From the NCBI GenBank assembly GCA_965644315.1, contig CBFFRQ010000067.1, positions 620,001 through 684,000 on the forward strand: DNA of 64,000 bases, written 5' to 3'. This document shows positions 1 through 11,600 of this stretch, piece by piece. A program made the position numbers and the translations under genes. Each line of letters begins with the position of its first letter. Position 1 is the first letter of the stretch. The notes beneath the pieces were generated by a model, which worked only from the letters and a program-made list of their open reading frames with translations, was not told the DNA's origin and did not search any database. The DNA comes from Caecitellus pseudoparvulus. Its lineage: Eukaryota > Protista > Bigyra: Bicosoecida.

Positions 1-81
1 TGCCGCGGCCTGGCGAGGAGGGCGTGCCTCTGGTTCTGTCTGCGGAAATCGACAAGCGCCTCGCTCCTCGCCTACGCACAG

Positions 82-2187
82 ATCTACTCTGGCGTGGCAG
101 GCCTGTACGATTTCGGCCCCCCCGGCTGTGCCCTGAAGGATAACTTCCTGAACAACTGGAAGCGCCACTTTGTGCTGCAGGAGGGCATGCAGCAGCTCGA
201 GTGCACGACGTTGACTCCGTACCACGTCCTGCAGGCGTCAGGGCACGTGGAGAAGTTCTCTGACCTGATGGTGAAGGACACCAAGACAGGCGAGTGCTTC
301 CGCGCGGACAAGCTCCTGGAAGACACCATTGACAACCTCCTCACGGGGCCCGGCGCCGAGACCATGCTGTCTGCGCAGCGTGAGGCGCTCAAAACCACCC
401 GTGCCCAGGCCGATGCGTTCACGCCAGAGGAGCTGCACGCAAAGCTGACGGAGCTGGAGGTCGTGTCTCCCTCTTCTGGCGCACCCCTCACGGAGCCCTT
501 CCCTTTCAACCTCATGTTCGCGACGTCCATCGGCCCCGCTGGCAACATGCCAGGCTTCCTGCGCCCCGAAACGGCTCAAGGCATGTTCGTGAACTTCAAG
601 CGCCTCCTGGCCAGCGCAGGCGGCAAGGTGCCCTTTGCCGCAACACAAATTGGCACTGCATACCGGAATGAGATTTCCCCCAAGAACGGACTGCTGCGTG
701 TGCGCGAGTTCACGATGGCGGAAATTGAGCATTTCGTGCACCCTGAGGAGAAAGACCACGCCTCCTTCGCCACGGTGGCAGACCTGGTCCTGACCCTGTT
801 CCCCGCAGACAAGCAGCTGGGCGATGGCAAGACTGTGCAGATGACCGCTGGCGAGGCCGTTGCTGCTGGCATCATCGCCAACGAAACGCTGGGCTACTTT
901 GTGGCACGCACGGCGCTGTTCTTGACGCAGTGCGGCATCCGCCCCGAAGGCCTGCGCTTCCGCCAGCACCTGGCCAACGAAATGGCGCACTATGCCTGTG
1001 ACTGCTGGGACGCTGAGATCCTCATGGCCTCCGGGTGGGTGGAGTGCGTGGGGCACGCGGACCGCAGCGCGTACGACCTCAAAGTGCACTCTGCCGCGTC
1101 AGGCACCGACCTGAGTGCCAGCCGCGTCCTGCCCACGCCCCGAGTGGAAGACATCGTGGAGATGAAGGCCAACCGCGGCAAGATGGGCAAGACCTTCATG
1201 GGCGACAACAAGGCCGTGCAGGCTGCGCTCACGGCGGCGGTGGAGGCGGGCCAGCCTGCGCTGGACCTGGAGGCTGCTCTGGCTGCTGACGGTGAGGTGG
1301 CTCTGGACATCGGCGACGGCAAGACCGCCACCCTCACGCGGGACATGGTGTCCTTTGCACCCGGCCAGCGCAAGGTCTTTGAGGAGACCTTCACGCCCTC
1401 TGTCATTGAGCCGTCTTACGGCGTGGGGCGCATCCTGGAAGGCATCTTCCAACACACCTTCTACGTGCGACCTGAAGTCGGCGCGGGCGGCGACGCCCCT
1501 GCCGAGGCGGCGGACAAGCCCGCCAAGAAGGCCAAGAAGGCCAAGAAGGCCAAGAAGGGGGCCGCCTCGTCAGGCGGCGGCATGGAGATGGAGCGCACGG
1601 TCTTTGCATTCCCACCCGCCCTGGCGCCCACCAAGGTGGCAGTGTTCATCCTGGACGGCCGTGTCCCTATGACGGTCGTGCAGCCCCTGGTGGCAGGCCT
1701 CACGCGCCTGGGCGTGACCTCCGTCACTGACAACGCCACTGCAGCCATCGGCCGCCGCTACGCCCGATCTGACGAGCTGGGCATTCCCTTCGGTGTCACG
1801 GTGGACTTCGATACCGCCACCACAGGCAAAGTCACCCTGCGTGAACGTGACAGCACTGCACAGGTGTACCTCACTGTGGCCGAGGCACCAGCCGTCATCC
1901 GCGACCTCGCCGAAGAAACGCTCTCCTGGGCCGACGTCTTCGCGAGTCGGGAGGTCAAGTCTGAGGGCATGCCGCTGCACCCCTTCGCAGCACGCCCTGT
2001 GCCAGTGTGGGCCACACCACAGGCGGCGCAGGGCTCCGTGGCGGCTGCAGGCGCTGGAGTGGCCGAGGCCGCCACACCTGCGACAGCGCAGGCCAGCCAC
2101 GCCGGCGCTGCCTCTGACGCTGTCGTGGTAGAGGGCAAGGAGCGCACTGCAGGGCGCTTCACCCGCCCCGCCGTGCCGCTCATCTGA
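82..2187 (+). CDS. GARS: Glycyl-tRNA synthetase, eukaryotic homodimeric type (5' end lies outside the window)
   Basis: IYSGVAGLYDFGPPG, FNLMFATSIGP, LRPETAQGMFVNF, YRNEISPKNGLLRVREFTMAEIEHF, VIEPSYGVGRI and anticodon domain IGRRYARSDELGIPFGVTVDF. The exon begins after the acceptor ...cgcacag at 81. Confidence 0.97.
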   Translation: MYSGVAGLYDFGPPGCALKDNFLNNWKRHFVLQEGMQQLECTTLTPYHVLQASGHVEKFSDLMVKDTKTGECFRADKLLEDTIDNLLTGPGAETMLSAQREALKTTRAQADAFTPEELHAKLTELEVVSPSSGAPLTEPFPFNLMFATSIGPAGNMPGFLRPETAQGMFVNFKRLLASAGGKVPFAATQIGTAYRNEISPKNGLLRVREFTMAEIEHFVHPEEKDHASFATVADLVLTLFPADKQLGDGKTVQMTAGEAVAAGIIANETLGYFVARTALFLTQCGIRPEGLRFRQHLANEMAHYACDCWDAEILMASGWVECVGHADRSAYDLKVHSAASGTDLSASRVLPTPRVEDIVEMKANRGKMGKTFMGDNKAVQAALTAAVEAGQPALDLEAALAADGEVALDIGDGKTATLTRDMVSFAPGQRKVFEETFTPSVIEPSYGVGRILEGIFQHTFYVRPEVGAGGDAPAEAADKPAKKAKKAKKAKKGAASSGGGMEMERTVFAFPPALAPTKVAVFILDGRVPMTVVQPLVAGLTRLGVTSVTDNATAAIGRRYARSDELGIPFGVTVDFDTATTGKVTLRERDSTAQVYLTVAEAPAVIRDLAEETLSWADVFASREVKSEGMPLHPFAARPVPVWATPQAAQGSVAAAGAGVAEAATPATAQASHAGAASDAVVVEGKERTAGRFTRPAVPLI
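1522..1557 (+). repeat. Coding minisatellite (GCCAAGAAG)x4 encoding AKKAKKAKKAKK
   Basis: Perfect 9-bp tandem repeat read directly inside the GlyRS gene. Confidence 0.9.
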
Positions 2188-2226
2188 ACGCAATGCAGGA
2201 AGGAACGCTGCTGCTGAGGGGCCAGC

Positions 2227-3044
2227 TCACGCCTCACCTGGCCCGCCAGAGCCCGCAGCAGCAGCAGGCGTGGCCGCCTCCTCACCGCCCTCGTCCTTCT
2301 CCTCTGCAGCCGCCTCGCCCCCTGCTTCCTCCGCACCACCCTCCTCCTCCACACCGCCCTCACCCGCCAGCGCGGAGGTGAGCTGCCGCAGCAGTGTGCG
2401 GCGCTCCCGCTCCCGAAGGCCCAAAGTGCCTCGTTCAAGCGCCTCCAGCAACTCCTCTGCGTCCATGCCCAAGTCATCCAGAGCTGCCTGCAGAGGGTGG
2501 CCAGCTGGCAGCACCAGACCACCGCCGCCGCCGCTGCCGCCACTCCCTCCGTACTCAGGGTCGTCCTCAGACATGCCGCACTTGCCGCAGACGCGCTTGT
2601 CGGCGATGCACTGCTCGCAAAACATGATGTATGCTGCCTTGACGTTCTTCTGCCCGCATCCATTACTGCGTTTCGGACGAAACTCTGACGTGCCCACCGG
2701 CAGGCGAGAATCCGGGAACTCGCGGCAGACCGCGAGTTGCACACGACCTGTTGGATTCACTTACCATCTACCAAGTACTGTGCGGGGCTTGTACTTCCTG
2801 TACTTCTGCGCGTTGCGAGTGGCGGCCCATGCCGAACAGCCGCGCTGTGAGCGGAAATTGGTTCGCCACACACCTTGCGCCACTCCAGCTGATCATGGCA
2901 CCGGCGGCACACGTTGTCAAGAGGGATGGCTTCGATGCGCTTGCTGACCTTGCTGTGCTTGTTATGTCTGAAGCCCCAGGAGTTCTGGTGCGCAGGGGCG
3001 CCCTTCTTGGCGCCGCCCTTGCGGGAGCTCACAGCGTGAGGCAT
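2227..3044 (-). CDS. C9orf85/DUF2039-like Cys-rich protein (2 introns)
   Basis: Spliced reading PAHQNSWGFRHNKHS..VCRRCHDQLEWRK|KYRKYKP..RC|NGCGQKNVKAAYIMFCEQC..VCGKCG; both introns are GT-AG. Confidence 0.85.
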
Positions 3045-3270
3045 GACTAGTGCTGAATGCCGACACGCGGTAGGGGCTGGGGGCCAGCGGGGGGTCGCTG
3101 CAATTTTCAAGAGGGGTCAAAACTTGATATTGCGTGCCAGAGCCACGCTGTGATGTTGTTTTGTCCATGCCTTGCATTCTCAGCCTCTGTTCGTGCACGT
3201 CCACATCAGCAGTGGACTCACGCCCAACACAAAGCTCCCCCACGTGCAGCTAGCCAGCCTCCCGAGCGCC

Positions 3271-4144
3271 ATGGCAGCAGATGCTGGCACTGACACAGCA
3301 GCCACAGCATGCACTGGTGATGTGGACTTCTTCAAGTTCCCGCGCACTCACCACATCGCGGACGCGGGCGGCAGCGGCGTCACGCGTGACGATCTCGTCA
3401 TGTCCAGTGGCGACGCGGAGCAGTTCCTCGCCAAAGGCAGCGCCACTGTCAGCGTTGAGGAGAAGGTGGACGGAGCCAACCTGGGCTTTTCAGTGGACCC
3501 CACTACACAGCAGTTGATGATGCAGAACCGAGGGCACTTTGTGAACGAAGAGACGGCAGCCCAGTGGAGGTGCGTGCGGATTTTGCACACCCCGGTTCAA
3601 CACGCCAAGTCCCCGCTGTGCGCCAGCACACATCGGCAACGCCGCCCACATGCACAGTGGACTCAAAGAGTGGCTTCAGGTGCACCGCTTTGAGCTGTAC
3701 GACATCCTGCAGCCCGCAGGACGGCACATCCTCTTCGGGGAGTGGTGCTACGCAGTGCATTCCCTGGAGTACAAAGCCCTGTCGGACACATTCCTGGCAT
3801 TTGACGTGTATGACCGCGAGGAGGGCTGCTTCTACTCCATCAAGCGGCGCAACGAGTTCCTCGCCGAGACGTCCATTCGCACCGTGCCGCTGATCCGCTC
3901 CTCCACCTTCCGAACTGTGGCGGAGTTGCTGCCCTTGCTCGACACGCCGTCTGCCTTCCGCGGAGATGGGGAGCCAGTGGAAGGACTGGTGCTGCGTGTG
4001 GACTCAGAAGAGCAAGAGGACAGCGCGGGTGTCCCAGGCAAGTGCCTCAGGCGCACAAAGCTCGTTCGCCCTGACTTCGTGCAAGGCATTACGGAGCACT
4101 GGATGGCGCGGAAGTTGAAACGCAACACAGTCAAGCTGGGCTGA
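3271..4144 (+). CDS. ATP-dependent RNA ligase family (nucleotidyltransferase) protein (1 intron, ~3570-3657)
   Basis: KFPRTHH..TRDDL, motif I EEKVDGAN, LFGEWCYAVHS, FLAFDVYD, VEGLVLR, KLVRPDF. The two ORFs join via a GTGCGT..CACAG intron. Confidence 0.85.
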
Positions 4145-4148
4145 CGCG

Positions 4149-5691
4149 TCACTTGTGCGCGGAGCAGTCCTTCAGTGCGCGCAGCAGGCCCAGCGTCGCA
4201 GCCAGCAGCGTCTTATCGAAGGATGCTGCCTCCTGGCGTGCACCCTGGATCGTGGCAAGGCAGCCGTCCACGTCGATTTCCGAGCCGTTTCGCGCCTTGC
4301 TCAGCGTTGCTGCGCCCAGCGCTGCCAAGGCACCACGCAGTGCGGGATCGTGGCACATCATGAAGACGTTAAACGATGCTTCCTCTCGCAGGGTTGTAAC
4401 AGCCGTGCACCGCGGGGGGCTGCCTTCCCGCCTGCTCAAACACCAGGCACGCTTGGCCTGCACAGCGCCGTTCTCTGGCAGCAGCCACCTGCAGAAATCC
4501 AAATTGTCCACGCTGTACTCGTGCCCCGTCAGCACCAGCGCGTCCAGGGGCAGGTGAGTGTCCACGAATTCAGACGGTGCCCCAGTGCTGCCAGCACCGA
4601 CAGCGGCCCCCCCTACACGGTACAAGTTTGTCACCATTTGGCTCGGCTGCCCTTCAAACAGGCGCCCAATGCCGCCGACGAACAGCGTGTCCCCGGAGAA
4701 GAGGATGCCAGGGCACTTGCCACACTTCGCATCGGAAAACTCCGCAATACTCCGCACACGCCCCGCACATTCGGCGGGCAGGTCGCGGTGCCGTGATGGA
4801 CTGCCTGCCGTTGTGACGTAGAACCAAACGTGCCCCCGAGTGTGACCAGGCACACCCCGCACGTGAGCCACGAGGCACTCTGCCGTGGACCCTGGTGCAA
4901 AGCCATCCCCATGCTGCGTCAAGTGCACTGTGGCCCCCTCCCACACTTGCCGAGTCGCATGGGGGGTGGGATCCAACGCTGACGCCACCACCTCAGGGCA
5001 GCGGCGACCAGGGCGCTCCGACGCCCACTCCGATAGCAGCAGCGCCAGACCACCGCAGTGGTCCATGTGGCGGTGGGTGATGAGGACGTGCGTCAGATGC
5101 ACTGCGCGACCGGTGGACTCCTCCACCTCTCGCAGGGTGCCAAACAGCACCTCAGCGTCGGCCACATCCACTGCGAAGGCTGTGCTGGGCAAGCCGTCTG
5201 CCTTGGGGGTGTGCAGCACAAGGTATTGCTGCAAGGGGGCGAGCCGAGGAAAGCTTAGGCAGTGCTGCTGCAGCCTTGCAAAGCATTTTCCAGGGGTGCG
5301 ATGCACTCACGTAGTTGTCCTTCAAGCACGGCAAGGGGATGACGGTGACTTCCACGCCATCAGCCTCGTCAGCCGTCGGGCAAATGCTGACCTCCAGGCT
5401 CTCCACGGCGGAGTGGAATGCACCTGACGCTTCACCTGCTTTCCTTGCTTTAGCCGCACGCTGGCGCACTTGCGCCAATTGGAGGTTGTGGATCCATTGC
5501 CCCAGGGCCGTGTTCACATACACGAAGTAGCCGAGGTCCAGCAGGGGATTCTTCCGTGTCGTGAACACGAACGCCACGATGCACAGCAGGCACACCAAGC
5601 AAGCACATCCAAAGTATGCGATGCCAGTGAGCAGCCACTCCGGCCCAGCGGCGTGCTCCTGCCCGCTGGCAGCGTCGGCAATGTCTGCCAT
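4149..5691 (-). CDS. Hydroxyacylglutathione hydrolase-like (PNKD-type) metallo-beta-lactamase fold protein with N-terminal TM helix (1 intron)
   Basis: IPLPCLKDNY|QYLV, THRHMDHCGG metal motif, PGHTRGHV, LFSGDTLFVGGIGRLFEG, GHEYSVDNL, TTLREEASFNVFM. Confidence 0.88.
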
Positions 5692-5846
5692 GTCTCCGTC
5701 GAAACGCTGTCAAAACGCAAGCACACAGTCGGCTGCGGCTTGAACAGGGCTGCTCACAAGGAGTCAGGGGCAAAATTTCCGTGATGTTTGGCTTTAAATT
5801 TTGTTTCTGATCGAGAGTCAGGCCATCCTTTGCGCGCCTCCCCCCT

Positions 5847-8117
5847 TCACTCCGCTTGCTCTGGCTCCCAGCCAGCTGCTTCTTCTGGCGGGTAGTAGTT
5901 TCCCTCCGCATCCGTATAGCCGCCGTGTTCGTCGGTAAACCCACCGTGCTCATCCCACTCACCTTCCCACTCCGCTTCATCGCCCCAGCCTTCCTCCTGC
6001 TCGTCGGGAAGCGGCCCACCAGCCTCACCCTGCCACTCCTCTTGGGCCACATGCTCCGCCTCCCACTCTTCGTATTCGCCCTCATCTGCTGCTACCTGGC
6101 CCCATTCCGGAACCTCAGTTCTGTACATGTCTTGTCCATCGTGCTGGGATCCTGGAGCTTCAGCTGCAGGCTGCGTGTCATGCAGTTCAGCATCCGATGC
6201 AGACGTTGCCACTTGCTGCTGCTCTTCACTCTGCCACGTTGCGGGTACTTCACGCCGCTCCCCGTCTCGCCACGTCGGAGACGCCTGGTGGTGCTCTTCG
6301 TCAACTCTGTTGCGACCTGGGCTGCTACCTGAGAATCCGCTTGGGAGGTAAGAACTCCTTGCCTTGGGGGTCTGAGCGAAGAACATGCCGTCATCACCGT
6401 CCGGAGAAAGGGGGCTGCTTGCAGCGTGTAGAGGGGCCCAGGAATGCCTCGGTGTGACGTGATCTTCTGGGCTTCCAGTGGAGGATGCAGGGGATGCTTC
6501 CGCTCCTGGCTCTGAGCGCTGCGACCCGAACGGGCGCCCTTCGACGGCCTCATGCGCGTCACTCTGATCAGCGCTTTCAACACGAGGCCTGGGACTTGTC
6601 TCCGCAGCAGTTTGCTGCGCCTCAGGCGATGGTATATGCCCTTGCTGCGTGGGTTCGACTGCAGCAACCGCGGCTTGCCTGGCCTCCCGTCGGCGCGCGA
6701 TCTGCAGAGCAAGCCGCTCGTTCCCTGGATGCTTCAGGCGCCACCTCATGATTGGCACGAAGGCACCCCGCTCAGCGAGTTCCTTTGTTTCGCGTCGAAG
6801 TCTCCGCTGCAAGGCATGCTCATCGGCAATGACACACAGCGCAGCGTCGATTCGCTCCACAGTTGCCGAGTCGACAGGCAAGGTGCTCACTTTCAGCCTG
6901 TTCCCAATGGACACTCTGCACTTTCCGACCTTGTCCTTGAAGGTAAGCAGCTCGCTGTCGTCTTGCTCATGAGCAAGCTGCCCTTCTCCTGGCGTGTTCA
7001 CCTCTTTTCCAAGTTCTGTCGCTTGAGCAGGCTGGGTGGGGGCGTGGCGACCACACTCTTCAGCGCACAGCGCAGCACAGACGCTGACTTCATCGGCAGG
7101 CACATTCATTGCCTTCCACACTTGATCGAACTGCTTGTGTACCAGCCACTTCGTGTCCCTGGCCATCTTCTCCACATAGTTCCTGCCTCTCCAGAGGAAC
7201 GGCTGCGGTCTCCACAGGGTGGTGCGCCACTCTCGCAGGTGCTCGGTGAACGATATCGTGAGCCTGAGCAAGGAAAGCAGCATGACGCGCACCTGGGCTC
7301 TGAACGTCCGCCGAATGGTGTGCCACTCGTCATCCTGACCAATAGCTGGACGAGGTCGCTGGGCTGCAACCCGCTCGTACGCCGCCTTAGCTTCGGAGAA
7401 AGCTTGCAGCTTGCTCCTCAAAAGCTTGAGGCACCTTTCTCTCTCCACCAGTGTGGCCCATGCTGACGTCTTACTCTGCATGTGCAGCACTAGAACCTGC
7501 AAATGCAAGGCCAACGCCAAGGCCTTGCTCACAGTCATGCCGCCCAGGCAATGTGTCTTGCGAAATAGCTGCCTGTCCGCCTGGGCAACGTGCGCACACT
7601 GCCACAGCCGCTCCAGTTGCTCCTTCGCTCGAGAAAACCACATGAGCTGGCGCTTGCTGTCCAAGTGCTCAAACGCACGTGCGAAGGCCTTCAGTGCGAT
7701 GCCCCTCGGAGGCGCAGCAGACGGTCCCGAGGACTGGCTCGGTGCTGTCTCGGGCAGGGGATGCTGGTGGCGATGTGCAGCACTAGAGCTACCGCCTACC
7801 TCGGCGGCACTGTCTGCTGTTGGCCGTAGGGCAGCATGCAGCGGAACACCAGGTGCCCTGCTGGCAGCCACCGCTCCTGCCACGTGCACGTCATCAAGTG
7901 TGTGATGGTGCTGTGATGCAGCGGGCGCCTGCCCAAGCGTGGCTGGTTCGTCCACATCGGCAGTGAGGGACGCAAGGGAAGGTGTCTTGCCGGTCTGTGC
8001 TGATCCTGGAAACAGCGTTCGTTCCCTTGCATGCTGTTCCGGTCCACGTGCAAAGTCAAAAGAGTAGGAGAACCCGAGGTCGGAGTTTGACTGGCTATTG
8101 CTTGCTTCCAACGCCAT
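5847..8117 (-). CDS. Hypothetical coiled-coil protein, possibly CCDC87-like, with acidic C-terminus
   Basis: Long ORF with ATG at 8117. LERLW..DRQLFRK and WR..PFLWRGRNYVEKMARD resemble the CCDC87-type C-terminal motif (from memory). Family call is tentative. Confidence 0.6.
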   Translation of the reverse strand: MALEASNSQSNSDLGFSYSFDFARGPEQHARERTLFPGSAQTGKTPSLASLTADVDEPATLGQAPAASQHHHTLDDVHVAGAVAASRAPGVPLHAALRPTADSAAEVGGSSSAAHRHQHPLPETAPSQSSGPSAAPPRGIALKAFARAFEHLDSKRQLMWFSRAKEQLERLWQCAHVAQADRQLFRKTHCLGGMTVSKALALALHLQVLVLHMQSKTSAWATLVERERCLKLLRSKLQAFSEAKAAYERVAAQRPRPAIGQDDEWHTIRRTFRAQVRVMLLSLLRLTISFTEHLREWRTTLWRPQPFLWRGRNYVEKMARDTKWLVHKQFDQVWKAMNVPADEVSVCAALCAEECGRHAPTQPAQATELGKEVNTPGEGQLAHEQDDSELLTFKDKVGKCRVSIGNRLKVSTLPVDSATVERIDAALCVIADEHALQRRLRRETKELAERGAFVPIMRWRLKHPGNERLALQIARRREARQAAVAAVEPTQQGHIPSPEAQQTAAETSPRPRVESADQSDAHEAVEGRPFGSQRSEPGAEASPASSTGSPEDHVTPRHSWAPLHAASSPLSPDGDDGMFFAQTPKARSSYLPSGFSGSSPGRNRVDEEHHQASPTWRDGERREVPATWQSEEQQQVATSASDAELHDTQPAAEAPGSQHDGQDMYRTEVPEWGQVAADEGEYEEWEAEHVAQEEWQGEAGGPLPDEQEEGWGDEAEWEGEWDEHGGFTDEHGGYTDAEGNYYPPEEAAGWEPEQAE

Positions 8118-8667
8118 AGCAGCCCGTTGCTCGCCTCCAGCTTGGCCAGCGTCGAGATGAACGCACTCGCAACTGAACTGGGTGAGTGTCACGCCTACAA
8201 GACCTGCTAGAAACGGAGCAAGCAATTGTGGGCGGTGAGCTTTGCGAGTAGGAAGCTGTAAATGGAGGCCAACGAGTACAGAAACGCAGCGTTGAAACTC
8301 CCGTACCCTTTGGCCTGCACTGCATCTGACAGGCCACTAGCGGCAAAGATTCAGGTAAATTTAGGCACCGAAATATAGAATTTTGCCGCCAATCCAGCAG
8401 CTGTAGGGGCTGCGCAGGTGCACCGTTGCCATCCCACGCGAAGGAGTCGTTTGACCAACAAGAAGACCCCTTCCGCTCCCCCACAAGAAGCAAAGCAGCC
8501 TCCGACCAAAACGAAAGGCGCCAGTTCTCTTCCTGTCCTCGTTTTGTCTGCTGTAGCAGCATAGCACAGCCCGTGAAGCCCAGGTTGCGGCAAGAGGCAG
8601 TGCTTCTGCGTGAGCAGGGGTGGGTCAACCCCCGCAGCTTCGGGTAGGCTCCCGGCACCCGGCGCTG

Positions 8668-11600
8668 ATGGCGGCCCCGCTGCAGCTGCAGACTGACTTG
8701 ATCCAGACAGTGACACAGGCAAAGTATGTGGCCCAGCGAGCGCAGGATGCATACTTGATGCGCACTTGGCAGGGCAGGCAGAAGCACAGACTTCAGTTCG
8801 CGGGTACCCTCGTGGTGCTCATGGCAGTTGTTTCTGTCCTGCGCCTTGATGCTGGACTGTTCCCTGGGTGGTCCACTGAGCGCCTCGTCTCAGCAGCAGT
8901 TGTGGAGCTCATGGCTTCCGTGGGGCTTTTTGCCGCCACATACTTCGTAAGAGGCAGCCAGGCCGTTGCTGGTGCCGCTGCACTGCACTTCCCACACAAT
9001 TCCAACCGCAGACGACGTTTCAAACTCGCCACGTCCTGCACCACACATCGGCCGGAATATACGTTGTCCTTGTCATTGCCCTTCTCTCCTTCAATGTGCT
9101 CGCGGGAGCTCGCCTGGGACTGCTCAGCATCCTCGTGCTAACGCAGCTTGTGTATGCCTTCCCAGCTGCTTTCCCCATGCCTCTCGGGCACTACAGCGCC
9201 ACGACTGTGCTGGTTGTCGTCATCATCGCTGCTTTCCTTGCGGCGTCTCGTACCTTCACCTCGTACACTGGCGGAGTCACAGTGCTCCTCCTCGTGCTGT
9301 TTGTTGCGCTGACAGGTGAGGGGCACGGGACTGCGTCCGCTGCGTTGCCAATGACACGCTGGTGCATGCCCCCCACACGCAGCTGTGCCACAAGTCGCGT
9401 TGGCCAGGGGCCAAGACCGCCAGCTCTCCCTTCTCAGCAATTTGGAGCGGCAGTCCTTCACCCAGCTGCTGCTATTGCAGCGTGTGATACCCAGGGTGGG
9501 TGATGCGGGCGCGTCGAGCATGGTGCTGGCCGATTCGAACCACCCCTCCTGTCCCCAACACGACAGCAATTTATCGGACAGCTCTTCACGCATGAACGGA
9601 TTGTCTCAACTCGCGAGAAAGTGTCTGTTCTGTTCTGTGAAGTGCTGTTGGCATCTCGGGCGTCAGACGGGTCTGTGACCTGGAGCAAGATGGGCAGCAA
9701 CCTGAACCCCAGCACCCTCAGCCTGCTAGGCGACGTGTTCACGAAGCTGGATGCAGTGGTGAAGTACCACGGTGTCTTCAAGGTCGAAACCATTGGGTCG
9801 GAGTACATGGTGGTGTCTGGTGTGTGGGGCTGCGCATTGGATCACAACCACTTGCATGCACAACCCCCTCGCTACATCACAGGGCTGCCTGCTGGGGCGC
9901 GCCACGCGTCCAACTCAGCCGTTGCACTCATACTCACAGCAATTGACATGATGAACCATGTTTCGAAGCACCCATCATTCTCTTCTGTGTGTGGCTGCCG
10001 CACGGGGCCCTCGCACTCCCCCAGTGCTCACGCTCACACCACTTGACCCGCAGGTGGCGCTTCAAATCGGGATCAATTCGGGGACTGTCGTGGAGACCAT
10101 TCTTGGCCGGGAGCTGCTCCCACGATGGAAGCTCTTTGGGGACACTGTGAACACAGCGTCTCGCATGAAGTCGCATGGAGGACCCGGCCGCATCCACGTG
10201 TCGTTGTCGACGCGGGGATTGGTCATGGAAACTGTCATGTCTACACTCAAGCACACCCACGGAGAGCAAGTGAGCGAGTGGAACCGAAGAAACAGCCCTT
10301 TGTCTCAACTGATTGCGGGGCCCGATATGGTGCGACCTCGGTGGGCAGCCACGCAGCTAGACCGTCTGCTTCCGGACCTGCTTGGCTTCAAGCTTGAGCC
10401 TTTAGAGTCGATGCACATAAAAGGAAAAGGGCTGATGCAAACGTTCCATGTGTTGGCTGGAGGAAGAGGTGAAGGGTTGATGCCGCTGGACTGGGAGGAC
10501 AGCACTCACCTCGGCAGGGTCGAGGAGGCTGTGCTGGGTTGGCAGGCTCCGAGTGTGGAAGGGGGCACCCCCTCCGACACCAGCCTTGACGAGGGCACAC
10601 GGGCAAGCCTTGCACAGACACTTCGGAGGAATGCGCTGCGCATGGTTACCTTGGTGGATGGTGTTCGGCAGGAGCTGGCCGTCTTGGCATCGCGGGACAG
10701 CCTGGACGAAGTGTCGGTGTGGGGAAGCACAAGCGCACACGTGCCTGTTGAGCACGGCCAGCAGCCTTCAAGCGTCACAGGCACCCCAAAAGCAGAGCTC
10801 GGCGATGCGGGGCGCTCCAAGGGAAGCAGTCAGGCTGCTATGGCTGGCCTGCAGTTCATGCGGGTGCTGAGCATGCCCACGCACGCTGCAGACCGGGTCA
10901 GCCCGATGCCTTCCCTGCCATCCCAGCAGAGCTTCCACAGCACCCAGGCGTTGAGGGTCACAACTTCCACGTCAACAGCAGCCAAAACCACGAGCAGACA
11001 AGAATCTGTGGTTGACATGTCGGAGATCGCCGCTGGAGGTGAAAGTACACACCCTCAGCCGGCGCCTCGGAAACTGGCGTGGGTGGAGCCGGCCGAGCAA
11101 GCGCCCCACGAAGTCCAAGCCTCAGAAGTGGTGCCGCCCACACGAGCACCCAAGTTGGGACAGGCGCGTACCGGCGGCAGACGCGTTTCTGCGAGGGGTT
11201 CTGTGTTGGCCGGGTCGCGAAGGGCGGGCTTGGGGAGAGGTGGGGGGCTGGGCGTGTCCATGCGCATGCTGGAAGCTGCCGGGGCCTGGACGCTGCCAAA
11301 ACAGGAAATGGATGAGATGGTTCAGACGCAGGGCCTGAGCAATCGCAGCCTCGTCGAGGACTTCCCCATCACAGCCTCTGCAGACCTGGCCGGCGCTTCC
11401 GAGGCCACGGGAGTCGCGGACGCGGACCCCCATGAGGTGCACGCATCTCCCGAGCAAGTTTCCAACGCCATACCAGTTCCGGACCTCTCCCCTTGGACCC
11501 TCCACTTCAAGGGAGAGGAAAACGAGCGGCTGGAGGCCTTGTTCCGCGCCTGGACGACAGGGCGCCACGAGTTGTACCTTCGCGGAGTGTTGGGCATCGG

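Noticed and set aside
3172-4144. Apparent frameshifts or split ORFs here and in many other genes, suggesting pseudogenes or recoding
   Set aside because: The cases examined resolve with canonical GT-AG introns; no non-canonical splicing or alternative genetic code was needed.
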